A stretch of DNA of 62,761 bases from Solirubrobacterales bacterium (GCA_049593795.1 JBAWHK010000016.1:1-62761), one strand, 5' to 3'; counted from the first letter of the stretch, positions 15,897 to 25,085 are shown. Made by a program: numbers and translations. The notes: generated from the sequence alone by a model not told the origin.

Positions 15897-17350
15897 CCCT
15901 GCTTGGATTTACCTTGCTTGTTTGCTTTTTTCTTGCCGGCTTTGTTGCTGGCAGCATTCTTCTTCTTGCCTGCCTTGGCATTCGCAGCCTTCTTCTTCGC
16001 CTGGGCCTTTCGTTTCTCGGCCGCTTTCAGTTCCTGCCTGGTGACGGGATCGAGCGCGTGAATGCTGGAATAACCGACCAGATAGAGCTTTTCTCCATCG
16101 GACACACCGGGCATGTAGGCACCGGAATGGAAGGAGAACGTCTTGCGGCCGTTCTTGGCGCTGACGCCGTACGTCGTGGTGCCGTCGAAGGTCGCTACGT
16201 AAACGGTACGCCCGATCACGGAGAGCGAACCGATTACCCGGCCACCCATGTCAAAGGTCCAGCGGGCCTCACCTGACTTGGCGTCAAGGGCGTAGGCGTT
16301 ACCGTCGAAAGAGCCGATGTAGACGGTCGGTGGCGTGCCCGGCACCTGGGCAACCGTTGGCCCTGAGTAAACGTATCCGCCGGTTGAATAGGTCCAGGCG
16401 AGTTCGCCCGTGTCCGCATCGAAGCTGTAGACCCGACTGTCGTTGTTGCCGGCATAAACCCGCCCGTAGGCGACTGCCGGGGTTGAGTAGAACGACCCGG
16501 GCTGGCCGAGTCCGGGGCCAAGCGCCTGAGTCTGCCAGCGGATCTGTCCGGTTTTCGCGCGGATCGCGGTCATCCCGCCGCCGTAATCGCCGACGTAGAG
16601 CGTTCCGTTGTCGTAAGCCGGGGCACCCTTGACCGCGCCCAGCACGCTGGTGTTCCAGACAGGGTTGCCTTTCTTCGCGGTCATCGCGTAAACGGTGCCG
16701 TTTTCGCAACCGAAGTAGACCGTTTCGTGAACCACGACCGGGGAAGACTCAGACCGGCATGGCAGGGACCTTTTCCAGATCTGCTTGCCGTTCTTTGCGT
16801 TCAGGGCCATCACCTGACCGGGTTCCAGATTCACGATGTAGAGGCGTCCCTTGGAATAGGTCGGAGTGGACGCGTTCAGGCGGGCGATGCGACGGCTCCA
16901 GATCTCACGTCCGTTGTCGGTCCGAAGGGCGCGGGCGAAGCCGTCGTTGTCGATGAAGTAAAGCGCGCCATCGGCAATCGCCGGCGGAAACTCGAGCAAC
17001 GGCTCATCGCCGTATCGCCAGACCCTTTTGAAGGGTGGCTTGATCCCGTTTACCGGCAGGTAACCGGTGCGTTGACGGTCGTAGCGGAAAGTCGGCCAGT
17101 CAACTGCCTTGCTCTTCGCTTTCTTCGGTTTTACCGGCTTCTTCTGCGCAACCGGTTCCTCGAACGGAACCGAAGCATTGTTTACGTCGCCCGGGCGTTT
17201 AAGTTCGTTGTAAGCGACCGCTGCGGCCGCGCCAATCACGACGACAGCGACAACCAGGACAGCGATCAGTTTGCGCGGCTGTCGCCACCAGCGCACATGT
17301 TCGGGGTCCGTGGAATCAGGTGATTTGGGTGTCGAAGGTTCAGAGTTCAT
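15893..17350 (-). CDS. PQQ-like beta-propeller repeat protein, membrane-anchored, Lys/Ala-rich C-terminal tail
   Basis: N-terminal TM segment (LIAVLVVAVVVIGAAAAV). Repeated blades are visible (QVMALNAKNGKQIW, TVYAMTAKKGNPVW, RVYSFDADTGELAW, NAYALDAKSGEARW). The tail reads KAAEKRKAQAKKKAANAKAGKKKNAASNKAGKKKANKQGKSKQG. Confidence 0.8.
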   Translation of the reverse strand: MNSEPSTPKSPDSTDPEHVRWWRQPRKLIAVLVVAVVVIGAAAAVAYNELKRPGDVNNASVPFEEPVAQKKPVKPKKAKSKAVDWPTFRYDRQRTGYLPVNGIKPPFKRVWRYGDEPLLEFPPAIADGALYFIDNDGFARALRTDNGREIWSRRIARLNASTPTYSKGRLYIVNLEPGQVMALNAKNGKQIWKRSLPCRSESSPVVVHETVYFGCENGTVYAMTAKKGNPVWNTSVLGAVKGAPAYDNGTLYVGDYGGGMTAIRAKTGQIRWQTQALGPGLGQPGSFYSTPAVAYGRVYAGNNDSRVYSFDADTGELAWTYSTGGYVYSGPTVAQVPGTPPTVYIGSFDGNAYALDAKSGEARWTFDMGGRVIGSLSVIGRTVYVATFDGTTTYGVSAKNGRKTFSFHSGAYMPGVSDGEKLYLVGYSSIHALDPVTRQELKAAEKRKAQAKKKAANAKAGKKKNAASNKAGKKKANKQGKSKQG

Positions 17351-17364
17351 CCGAAGAGGGGATC

Positions 17365-18522
17365 ATGGTAGGGAGAAAGGCGATGAAGAAGAGCGTACCC
17401 CCAGATGCAGGACGGCTCCACTCGTTCATCGAGAGCGATCCGTTGCTGTCCCGGCTGGCCGCTGAAAACACCGGAAAAGGACCGGTGTATCTCGCTGGCG
17501 GGGCTGTCCGGGATGTGCTCGCCGGACTGCCGGTTTCGGACTTTGACCTGGTGGTCGAGCGTGGCGCTTCTGACCTGGCCCTCTCGATGGCGCAGGATGC
17601 GTTGATACACGAGCGCTTCGGAACTGCCGAACTGGAACTCGGAGGCATGCGAATCGACGTCGCGACTGCCCGCCGCGAAACGTATGCGCATCCCGGCGCC
17701 CTGCCTGAGGTGGATTTCCCTGTCCCGATCGCTGAAGACCTTGCTCGCCGGGACTTCACGATCAACGCAATGGCGGTTCCACTCGCGGAACCGGCCAAGA
17801 TCATCGATCCATTCGACGGCCAGAGGGATCTGGAACGTGGAGTGCTCCGGGTGCTGCACGAAAGATCCTTCGTCGACGATCCGACCCGGGCTCTGCGGGC
17901 CGCCCGGTACGCGGCCCGTTTCGATTTTGCCCTCGATCCAGCCACCGCGGACCTGCTGGCCGATGTCGACCTTCAGACCGTGTCCCGCGATCGCGTCGAA
18001 CATGAACTGAAACTGATTGCGGCCGAGATGACCGGTGTTGAAGCCCTGAGGCTCGTCGCCCTCTGGGGATTGATCGAAATCGAAACGGAACGGCTCGATA
18101 CGGCTGCCGTGGCGGTCGCTTTCCTGAACTCCGAGGTGTGGCGCGGTCGCACCACCCGGTCCGAGGCGGTTCTCGAAGCTGCTTTCGGGCAGTCACCGGA
18201 GCTTCCGGTCGAAACCCCGGCCCGGCCGTCGGCAGGAGTGTCGCTCGCGGCCACGCTTTCTCCCGCGCAGCGGCTCGTCAATCGTGCCCGTGGGGTTGAG
18301 TGGCTGGACATCTACGAAGAAGAATGGTCGACCGTTCGGCTCTCCATCTCCGGGGACGATCTTGTGCTGGCCGGCCTGCCGCAAGGTCCGGCGATTGGTG
18401 CGGGACTCACCGCCGCACTCCAGGCGCGGCTTGACCGTGGCGTGGAAGGGATCGACGCGGAACTGAAAATCGCGGTCGAAGCAGCCGAAGCGAAACTGAA
18501 CGAGAACGGTGGACAGGAATGA
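17365..18522 (+). CDS. CCA-adding enzyme / poly(A) polymerase family nucleotidyltransferase
   Basis: Has the head-domain motif GGAVRDVLAGLPVSDFDLVV. I chose ATG 17365 (MVGRK) because the ORF-track start at 17320 overlaps the divergent gene. Confidence 0.75.
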   Translation: MVGRKAMKKSVPPDAGRLHSFIESDPLLSRLAAENTGKGPVYLAGGAVRDVLAGLPVSDFDLVVERGASDLALSMAQDALIHERFGTAELELGGMRIDVATARRETYAHPGALPEVDFPVPIAEDLARRDFTINAMAVPLAEPAKIIDPFDGQRDLERGVLRVLHERSFVDDPTRALRAARYAARFDFALDPATADLLADVDLQTVSRDRVEHELKLIAAEMTGVEALRLVALWGLIEIETERLDTAAVAVAFLNSEVWRGRTTRSEAVLEAAFGQSPELPVETPARPSAGVSLAATLSPAQRLVNRARGVEWLDIYEEEWSTVRLSISGDDLVLAGLPQGPAIGAGLTAALQARLDRGVEGIDAELKIAVEAAEAKLNENGGQE

Positions 18523-19256
18523 GGTGGCGGTCGGAATCTGGCGTTGAATGGCTTGAGGCCGACCTGCCGGAAGCAACCGTCGCTTTCACTACCCGCATTG
18601 GCGGTGTGAGCGAATCACCATTCGATCAGTTGAACCTCGGCATCCTGACCGAGGACCGGCGCCGGAACGTGATCGAGAACCGGAAACGTCTGGCTGGGGC
18701 ACTCGGCATTGAAGGCGGGAGGGTGGCGATGGCCCGGCAGGTGCACGGATCACGGATCGTCACCCACGGCGAAGCTGAGGTACCACCGCATTTCCTGGCT
18801 CCGGGAGATCCGCCGGCGGACGCTGACGGGCACATCACGGCCGAATCAGGCCTGCCGATGCTTGTGTTGGTTGCCGACTGCGTGCCGGTGGCGCTCAAGG
18901 GGCCCGGCGGACTGGCGATGCTTCACTGCGGATGGCGTGGACTGACCGGAGGGATGATCGATGAGGCGGCCGAACGTACCGGTGCCACCCATGCCGCGAT
19001 CGGGCCCGCGATCGGTCCCTGCTGCTTCGAAGTCGGCGAAGAGGTGTTCGAGGAGTTCGGCGAACTCGCGACAGGTCTTCGTGTGGACAACCGCCTTGAC
19101 CTCTGGCAACTCGCTGAACGCCGGCTCGACCGGGCCGGGGTTACCGACATCGAGGTTGCCGGGATATGCACCTTCTGCGAAGAAGGAAAGTTCTTTTCCC
19201 ACCGTCGAGACCGGGGAAGGACCGGCCGTCAGAGTGGAATTGCCTGGATTCACTGA
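18519..19256 (+). CDS. pgeF: Peptidoglycan editing factor PgeF / YfiH (DUF152) family
   Basis: 245 aa with ARQVHG, VADCVPV and LHCGWRGL motifs typical of YfiH. Confidence 0.85.
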   Translation: MRWRSESGVEWLEADLPEATVAFTTRIGGVSESPFDQLNLGILTEDRRRNVIENRKRLAGALGIEGGRVAMARQVHGSRIVTHGEAEVPPHFLAPGDPPADADGHITAESGLPMLVLVADCVPVALKGPGGLAMLHCGWRGLTGGMIDEAAERTGATHAAIGPAIGPCCFEVGEEVFEEFGELATGLRVDNRLDLWQLAERRLDRAGVTDIEVAGICTFCEEGKFFSHRRDRGRTGRQSGIAWIH

Positions 19257-19358
19257 TGCAAGACACCAACCGCGATTCTGGCGTTTTCGCTGCAAAGTGA
19301 ACAAATCGCACATAATCGTGAAGGATTCACCACTCAACTAACGAAACACCGCTTACCT

Positions 19359-19934
19359 ATGGCACTACGCGATTCATGGCACCGCACCCTCGTCTACTTC
19401 GGTCTGGCCGAAGAAGGAGAGCACGCCGCGGACTACGACGGTTACGACGACGACTACCTCGACGAAGGGGATGATTACGAACAGCCACGCCGTGAGCGTA
19501 GCCGTGGACGTGATCGGGAAGCCAATGTTCGCCGGCTTCCGACCAGCCGTCGAAGCCGTCACGATGAGATCGACGACATCTTCTCCGACGATGATCCACC
19601 GATGGCACCGGCGCCACGCAGCCGTGTCCTCCGTTCGGTCAGCGATGAAGACAGCGATGTCCAGGTTCACCTGGTGATCCCGCGCAACTTCAACGATGCC
19701 CAGCAGGTGGCAGACCAGTTCAAGCGCAAGGTGCCGGTGATCCTCAACCTTCAGACGACCGATCACGAGCTCTCCAAACGTCTGATCGACTTCGCTTCCG
19801 GCCTGACTTATGCGATGGACGGCGGAATGCAGCGGATTGCCGACAAGGTGTTCCTGCTTACGCCACGCAACGTGGAAGTTTCAGCTGAAGAGAAGGCCCG
19901 TCTGATCGACAAGGGCTTCTTCAACCAGTCCTGA
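19359..19934 (+). CDS. sepF: Cell division protein SepF
   Basis: Acidic/basic disordered N-terminal half. The conserved C-terminal domain reads VIPRNFNDAQQVADQFKRKVPVILNL...DFASGLTYAMDG...KVFLLTP. Confidence 0.9.
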   Translation: MALRDSWHRTLVYFGLAEEGEHAADYDGYDDDYLDEGDDYEQPRRERSRGRDREANVRRLPTSRRSRHDEIDDIFSDDDPPMAPAPRSRVLRSVSDEDSDVQVHLVIPRNFNDAQQVADQFKRKVPVILNLQTTDHELSKRLIDFASGLTYAMDGGMQRIADKVFLLTPRNVEVSAEEKARLIDKGFFNQS

Positions 19935-19989
19935 GCATTGCTCCCGGCCCGGCTTCGGGCGGAACGTCTCTCGGGGTAAGCTGACTGGC

Positions 19990-20763
19990 ATGATCGTCGG
20001 CTTCATAGGTTCAGGCAACATGGCAGCGGCAATGGCGCGTGGCTGGAGTTCATCCGGGCACGATGCGCCGTCGAAGATGCTTTTCACTGATTCCGGCTCC
20101 GGCCGTGCCACCGCTCTGGCCAAAGAGGTTGATGGCGAAGCCATCGCCAACAACGCCGATCTGGTCAAGGCATCCGATTTCGTGGTGCTGGCAATGAAAC
20201 CTTCCGGCCTTGAAGCTGTCGCTGAATCGTTGCCGACGCCGCGAGCAATCCTTTCGCTGCTTGGCGCGACCCGGGTCAGTCAGCTGACTGAACTTTTCCC
20301 CGACTCGACGGTGATCCGGCTGATGCCGAACCTCGCAGTCGAAACGGGGCGTGGGGTGATCGCTGTGGCTGAGCCCGAGAACAGCGATCGCCAGATCATT
20401 GAGGACGCCCTGAAGCTGCTCGGCTCGTTGGGCAGCGTGGTCGAACTGGACGACACCCAGATGGATGCCGCAACGGCGGTCATGGGTTGTTCTCCCGCAT
20501 ATTTCGCGGTCGTTGCCGACGCGCTGGCCAAAGCGGGCGCCAGGGACGGCCTGGATCCGGTCGTGGCGATCCACATGGTTGCCGAATCCCTCGCCGGAAC
20601 TGCGGAGCTTCTGAAACGTCGCACACCCTTTGAAATCCAGGTTGCGGTCGCGTCGCCCGGCGGCAGCACCGAAGCGGGCCTTGAGGCACTCAAGGAGGCC
20701 CGGGGGTCGGAAGCATTCGAGGCGGCCGCGGCGGCTTCGCTCGCCCGGATGCGCGGTAACTGA
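19990..20763 (+). CDS. proC: Pyrroline-5-carboxylate reductase
   Basis: 257 aa with VGFIGSGNMAAAM (Rossmann), IRLMPN and ASPGGSTEAGL motifs. Confidence 0.9.
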   Translation: MIVGFIGSGNMAAAMARGWSSSGHDAPSKMLFTDSGSGRATALAKEVDGEAIANNADLVKASDFVVLAMKPSGLEAVAESLPTPRAILSLLGATRVSQLTELFPDSTVIRLMPNLAVETGRGVIAVAEPENSDRQIIEDALKLLGSLGSVVELDDTQMDAATAVMGCSPAYFAVVADALAKAGARDGLDPVVAIHMVAESLAGTAELLKRRTPFEIQVAVASPGGSTEAGLEALKEARGSEAFEAAAAASLARMRGN

Positions 20764-20765
20764 AC

Positions 20766-21074
20766 GTGCCTGGTCTGGTGCTGGCGCTGAGTCGTGGTGA
20801 TGTGGCTGCCTATGTGAGTGCCCTGTTCACCGTTTACATAGTGCTGATTTTTCTGAGAATCCTGATCTCCTGGATTCCGCGTATGCCGGAGAACCCTGCG
20901 GTTCGCGCGACCGTCCGGTTCCTGAACGAAACAACTGATCCGTATCTGAACATCTTCCGTCGCATGCTGCCCCCGGTCGGAGGTAGCGGAATGGCGCTTG
21001 ACCTGAGTCCAATGATCGGCGTGATCGTCCTGTTCATCCTGCAGTCGATAGTCGTTGGGCTGATCGGCGCTTGA
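20766..21074 (+). CDS. yggT: YggT family membrane protein
   Basis: 102 aa with two hydrophobic segments. GTG start. Its position after sepF matches the conserved cluster. Confidence 0.8.
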   Translation: MPGLVLALSRGDVAAYVSALFTVYIVLIFLRILISWIPRMPENPAVRATVRFLNETTDPYLNIFRRMLPPVGGSGMALDLSPMIGVIVLFILQSIVVGLIGA

Positions 21075-21535
21075 AGAAGTACAGGCATCTTCTCTGGGCG
21101 GTTCTCCTCGCGGCCGTCATTGTTGTCCTGGATCAGATTTCGAAGGCCGTGGTCACTGACCGGATATCCCACCTGGAGAAAGTGGATGTTCTTGGCCCGC
21201 TTCAGTTCACCCTGACCTACAACGACGGCGTCGCTTTCGGCCTGGCCGGTGGCGGTGGAATTTTCGTGATCCTGCTCAGCGTCGTTGCGCTGGTGGCGCT
21301 CGGAGTTTTTGTCAGTTCGGCTCCGGAACGGACCGGCACCTGGATCGCCGGCGGATTGATTCTCGGTGGCGCAGTCGGCAACCTGATCGACAGGGTCCGG
21401 ATCGGACATGTAACTGACTTCATTCTGCTGCCGCACTGGCCGGCTTTCAACCTGGCTGATTGCGCGATCACGGTGGGCGTTGTCCTGCTCGCGCTGACCC
21501 TTATCCTCGATGGCAAGGAATCGGTGACAGAATGA
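21071..21535 (+). CDS. lspA: Lipoprotein signal peptidase (signal peptidase II)
   Basis: 154 aa with NDGVAFGL, GGAVGNLIDR and VTDFI motifs. TTGA overlap. Confidence 0.9.
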   Translation: MKKYRHLLWAVLLAAVIVVLDQISKAVVTDRISHLEKVDVLGPLQFTLTYNDGVAFGLAGGGGIFVILLSVVALVALGVFVSSAPERTGTWIAGGLILGGAVGNLIDRVRIGHVTDFILLPHWPAFNLADCAITVGVVLLALTLILDGKESVTE

Positions 21536-22227
21536 ACGAGGAGCAGCCCAAACGGTATGAGATCCCATTTCGGGATGAACACCTGATGGTTGTCAACAAG
21601 TCCTCCGACCTGGTCATCCATCCGGCGCCGTCACATGATGGTGTCACCCTGGTCGAACTCCTCGGTGAAGACCTCGCTGGCGGGGATGAACCGGAACGTC
21701 CCGGAATCGTCCACCGGCTTGATCGTGGCACCAGCGGCTTGCTGGTAGTGGCCCGGGACAACGAAACCCACGCCGCCCTTCAGGAAATGATCCGCGAAAG
21801 AAAGGTCGAACGCACCTATCTGGCGCTGGCCGACGGCAGGTTCCGTTCCCGGACCGGAACGGTTGACGCACCAATCGGCAGGGCATCGAGGAAACGGCAT
21901 CGAATGGCGGTTAATGGTGCTGCGTCGAGAGATGCCAGAACCCATTTTGAAGTGCGGGAGTCGCTGCGCCGGGACACTTTGCTCGAGGTCAGGCTCGAAA
22001 CCGGACGAACCCACCAGATCCGGGTGCACATGGAAGCGATAAACCATCCGCTGGTTGGAGATTCCGTTTACGGGGGTCCGGCACGCTACGACCTCGAACG
22101 CCAGTTTCTGCATTCACACCGGCTGGCTTTCAACCATCCGATCACCGGGGAAGAGATCAGCGTGGAGGCCGGGCTCCCCGATGACCTGGCCGAAGCCCTG
22201 GAGCAGGCCCGCGCCGGAGCGGTCTAG
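21532..22227 (+). CDS. rluD: RluA-family 23S rRNA pseudouridine synthase (RluD-like, no S4 domain)
   Basis: Has HRLDRGTSGLLVVAR (catalytic Asp) and GRTHQIRVH motifs. The ATG at 21532 overlaps the lspA stop (ATGA). Confidence 0.85.
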   Translation: MNEEQPKRYEIPFRDEHLMVVNKSSDLVIHPAPSHDGVTLVELLGEDLAGGDEPERPGIVHRLDRGTSGLLVVARDNETHAALQEMIRERKVERTYLALADGRFRSRTGTVDAPIGRASRKRHRMAVNGAASRDARTHFEVRESLRRDTLLEVRLETGRTHQIRVHMEAINHPLVGDSVYGGPARYDLERQFLHSHRLAFNHPITGEEISVEAGLPDDLAEALEQARAGAV

Positions 22228-22300
22228 GGCCCGGAACCCGGTCAGACTCTGGAACCTGCAAGGGCCCACAGCCCGGACCGACCCAAGCCCCGAGCAGACT

Positions 22301-22342
22301 GGGTCGATTTCACCGTCGATTCTGTGGCAAAGCCGACCCGGA
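22301..22342. repeat. REP-like 42-nt element, family A, copy 1
   Basis: GGGTCGATTTCACCGTCGATTCTGTGGCAAAGCCGACCCGGA. The termini GGGTCGA and TCGACCC are inverted. Confidence 0.85.
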
Positions 22343-22371
22343 GCGATTGGGGCTGGAGCTACGCTTGACCC

Positions 22372-22413
22372 GGGTCGATTTCACCGCACTTCCAGCGGCA
22401 AAGTCGACCCGGA
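22372..22413. repeat. REP-like 42-nt element, family A, copy 2
   Basis: GGGTCGATTTCACCGCACTTCCAGCGGCAAAGTCGACCCGGA. Same length and termini as copy 1, 71 nt downstream. Confidence 0.85.
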
Positions 22414-22469
22414 CAGGGGTTGTCTGCGGGTGACTGGAACGTGAGGGCGCAAGACCCCGAGAATCCACG

Positions 22470-22475
22470 TACAAT
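22470..22475 (+). promoter_or_regulatory. Candidate -10 hexamer (TACAAT) upstream of rpsB
   Basis: The context GTACAATGCC is identical over 10 nt to the candidate -10 in front of the SNF2 gene (57149-57158). I found no convincing -35. Confidence 0.3.
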
Positions 22476-22592
22476 GCCGAGTCCATCGTAATCCCTAACC
22501 CCCGGGATACCGCAAACGGCTCCTGCCCTTCAATTGGGTCTCCGTTTAGCAACCCGGGCGGATCTGCTCAAACACATAAATCAAGGAGAAGT

Positions 22593-23708
22593 ATGGCCCA
22601 GGTAGGAATCCAGAATTTGCTGGAGGCCGGAGTTCATTTCGGTCACCAGACCAGCCGTTGGAACCCGAACATGCGTCGCTACATCGCGGGCGAGCTCGAC
22701 GGCATTCACATCATCGACCTTCTTCAGACCGAAGAGATGCTCGAGGACGCACGCCGTTTCGTTGGTGAGCTGACCTCCGGTGGCGGCAAGGTTCTGTTCG
22801 TCGGCACCAAGAAACAGGCATCGGACGTTATCCAGGAATGGGCTGACAAGTCGAACATGCCTTACGTCAACCGCCGCTGGCTGCCAGGGCTGCTGACCAA
22901 CTTCAACATTTCATCCGCCCGTATCAAGCGGCTCCACGAGCTGAACGAACTGGTGGAAACCGAACAGATCGACCTGCTTCCGACGAAGGAACGCATGAAG
23001 ATGATGGCCGAACGCGCCAAGCTCGAGTTCGCCCTCGGCGGAGTCAAGGACATGGACCGCGTTCCCGACGCCGTATTCATCATGGACCTCAAAGCCGAAG
23101 AGATCGCACTGCGCGAGGCGACCCGCCTGCGCCTGCCGATCATCGCGCTGGTCGACTCGAACTGTGACCCGGGCAACATCGACTTCGTTGTCCCCGGAAA
23201 CGACGACGCGATCCGTTCGTGTGAACTGGTGATCTCGACCGTTGGTGCCGCCATCGAACAGGGCGCCGGAGCATGGGCCGTAATCGAAGAGAAGCGCAAG
23301 GCTGAAGAGAAGGCCCGTCGCGAAAAGGAAGACGCCGAACGCCGCAAGCGCGAAGAAGAAGACCGCCTGCGCCGCGAAACGATCGAGAAGGAACAGGCCG
23401 AAGAGAAGGCACGCAAGAAGGCTGAAGAGAAGGCCAAGGCAGAAGCCGAAGCCACCAAGCCGAAAGAGAAGCCGCATCCGCAGGCCGTCCCCGACGACGC
23501 GCCGCACCCGCAGGCAGTGCCGGACAACCCGCACCCGCAGGCCGTACCGGACAACCCGCATCCGCAGGCTGTCCCTGACGACGCCCCGCACCCGCAGGCA
23601 GTTCCCGACAACCCGCACCCGCAGGCCGTAGCACCCGATCCTGAGCCCGACGCTGAAAGCGGCGAGGAGAAGGAAGCAGCAGCCAAGAGCACCGAGGAGA
23701 CCAGCTGA
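22593..23708 (+). CDS. rpsB: 30S ribosomal protein S2 with a long C-terminal extension of about 140 aa
   Basis: N-terminus has GVHFGHQTSRWNPNM, preceded by the SD AAGGAG. The core S2 ends near residue 230. It is followed by a Glu/Lys/Arg-rich segment, six PHPQAVPD repeats and an acidic tail. Confidence 0.95.
   Translation: MAQVGIQNLLEAGVHFGHQTSRWNPNMRRYIAGELDGIHIIDLLQTEEMLEDARRFVGELTSGGGKVLFVGTKKQASDVIQEWADKSNMPYVNRRWLPGLLTNFNISSARIKRLHELNELVETEQIDLLPTKERMKMMAERAKLEFALGGVKDMDRVPDAVFIMDLKAEEIALREATRLRLPIIALVDSNCDPGNIDFVVPGNDDAIRSCELVISTVGAAIEQGAGAWAVIEEKRKAEEKARREKEDAERRKREEEDRLRRETIEKEQAEEKARKKAEEKAKAEAEATKPKEKPHPQAVPDDAPHPQAVPDNPHPQAVPDNPHPQAVPDDAPHPQAVPDNPHPQAVAPDPEPDAESGEEKEAAAKSTEETS
23472..23638 (+). 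repeat. In-frame tandem repeat encoding PHPQAVPD(DA/N) x6 inside rpsB
   Basis: The 27/24-nt units CCGCAYCCGCAGGCNGTNCCNGAC(GACGCN/AAC) repeat in frame. The peptide is identical between units while wobble positions differ (gcc gtc ccc / gca gtg ccg / gcc gta ccg / gct gtc cct / gca gtt ccc). Confidence 0.95.
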
Positions 23709-24307
23709 TGGCATCAGCAGCAGACGTAAAATCACTCAGGCAGCAGACCGGCGCCGGCATGATGGACTGCAAAGCAGCCCTCACCGAAGCCGACGGAGAC
23801 ATGGAGCGCGCAGTTGAGCTGCTCCGGGTCAAGGGCCAGGCTTCAGCCGCCAAGCGCTCAGACCGTGGCACCTCTGAAGGTGTCGTCGCTTCCTACATCC
23901 ACGCCAACAAGAAGGTCGGCGCGATGGTCGAAGTCCAGTGTGAAACTGACTTCGTCGCCCGGAACGAAGACTTCCAGGCATTCGCCTACGACGTCGCCCT
24001 TCATGTCGCCGCCGCTGCACCGACGCATGTGAACGTCGATGACATTCCCGAAGAGCTGATCGCCACCGAGCGCCGCGTCTTCGAAGAGAAAGCCAAGGAA
24101 GACGGCAAGCCGGACAACGTTGTTCAGCGCATCGTTGACGGTCAGGTTGCCAAGTGGGCGAAGGATCTGGCTCTGATGGAACAGGAGCACGTCAACACCG
24201 ACAAGCATGATTCAAAGACGATCGAGCAGCTGCGCCAGGACGCGGTGGCAACGCTCGGAGAGAACATCGTCATCTCCCGATTCTCGGTATTCCGGGTAGG
24301 GGAATAG
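23708..24307 (+). CDS. tsf: Elongation factor Ts (short form)
   Basis: 199 aa with the N-terminal UBA-like motif [16 protein letters not shown]. The start overlaps the rpsB stop by 1 nt. Confidence 0.93.
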   Translation: MASAADVKSLRQQTGAGMMDCKAALTEADGDMERAVELLRVKGQASAAKRSDRGTSEGVVASYIHANKKVGAMVEVQCETDFVARNEDFQAFAYDVALHVAAAAPTHVNVDDIPEELIATERRVFEEKAKEDGKPDNVVQRIVDGQVAKWAKDLALMEQEHVNTDKHDSKTIEQLRQDAVATLGENIVISRFSVFRVGE

Positions 24308-24323
24308 GGGCACACCCGATTCG

Positions 24324-25085
24324 ATGAGCGAGCCGGCGCCACAATTCGAACGGATTCTCCTCAAGCTCTCCGGTGAAGCATTGATGGGCAAGCTCGACTT
24401 CGGTACCGATCCGGACGAAGTCGAGCGCGTTGCCCGTCAACTCGGAGTGATTCGCAGTCGTGGCGTCCAGATCGCAATCGTGGTCGGGGCCGGCAACATC
24501 TACCGGGGAATTGACGGCGCCGCCCAGGGAATGGACCGGGCGACCGGTGACTACATGGGCATGATGGCCACCGTCCTGAACGCCCTGACGCTGCAGGACG
24601 CCCTGGAGAAGCACGGGCAGTACACCAGGGTGCTTTCGGCAATCGACGTCCGTGAAGTCGCGGAGCCTTACATCCGGCGCCGGGCCATGCGCCACCTCGA
24701 AAAGGGCCGGATCGTGATTTTCGCAGCCGGCACCGGCAACCCCTTCTTCACTACCGACACCGCGGCCGCATTGCGCGCTCTGGAAATCCATGCGGAAGCA
24801 ATCCTGATGGCGAAGAACGGGGTGGAGGGTGTGTACGACTCGGATCCGGCGACCAACCCGGACGCCGAGTTCATCGCGCAGCTGACTCACCGCGAGGCGA
24901 TCGAACGTGGCCTCAAGGTCATGGATTCAACCGCGCTGAGCCTCTGCATGGACAACAACCTGCCGATCCATGTCTTCAACATGGCCGATGAGCGCAATAT
25001 AGATAGGATCGTTTCAGGCGAGAAAGTCGGCACCCTGGTCTGTTCAGGTGAGCCGGGGGATTCTGCGCCGGGAAACCAGTCATGA
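24324..25085 (+). CDS. pyrH: UMP kinase
   Basis: 253 aa with [18 protein letters not shown] and [16 protein letters not shown] motifs. Confidence 0.95.
   Translation: MSEPAPQFERILLKLSGEALMGKLDFGTDPDEVERVARQLGVIRSRGVQIAIVVGAGNIYRGIDGAAQGMDRATGDYMGMMATVLNALTLQDALEKHGQYTRVLSAIDVREVAEPYIRRRAMRHLEKGRIVIFAAGTGNPFFTTDTAAALRALEIHAEAILMAKNGVEGVYDSDPATNPDAEFIAQLTHREAIERGLKVMDSTALSLCMDNNLPIHVFNMADERNIDRIVSGEKVGTLVCSGEPGDSAPGNQS

Noticed and set aside
22228-22592. Structured rpsB autoregulatory leader or small RNA in the rluD-rpsB spacer.
   Set aside because: Apart from the two family A repeats and a TACAAT box, I could not identify a conserved pseudoknot or a known leader motif by eye. This needs a covariance-model scan.
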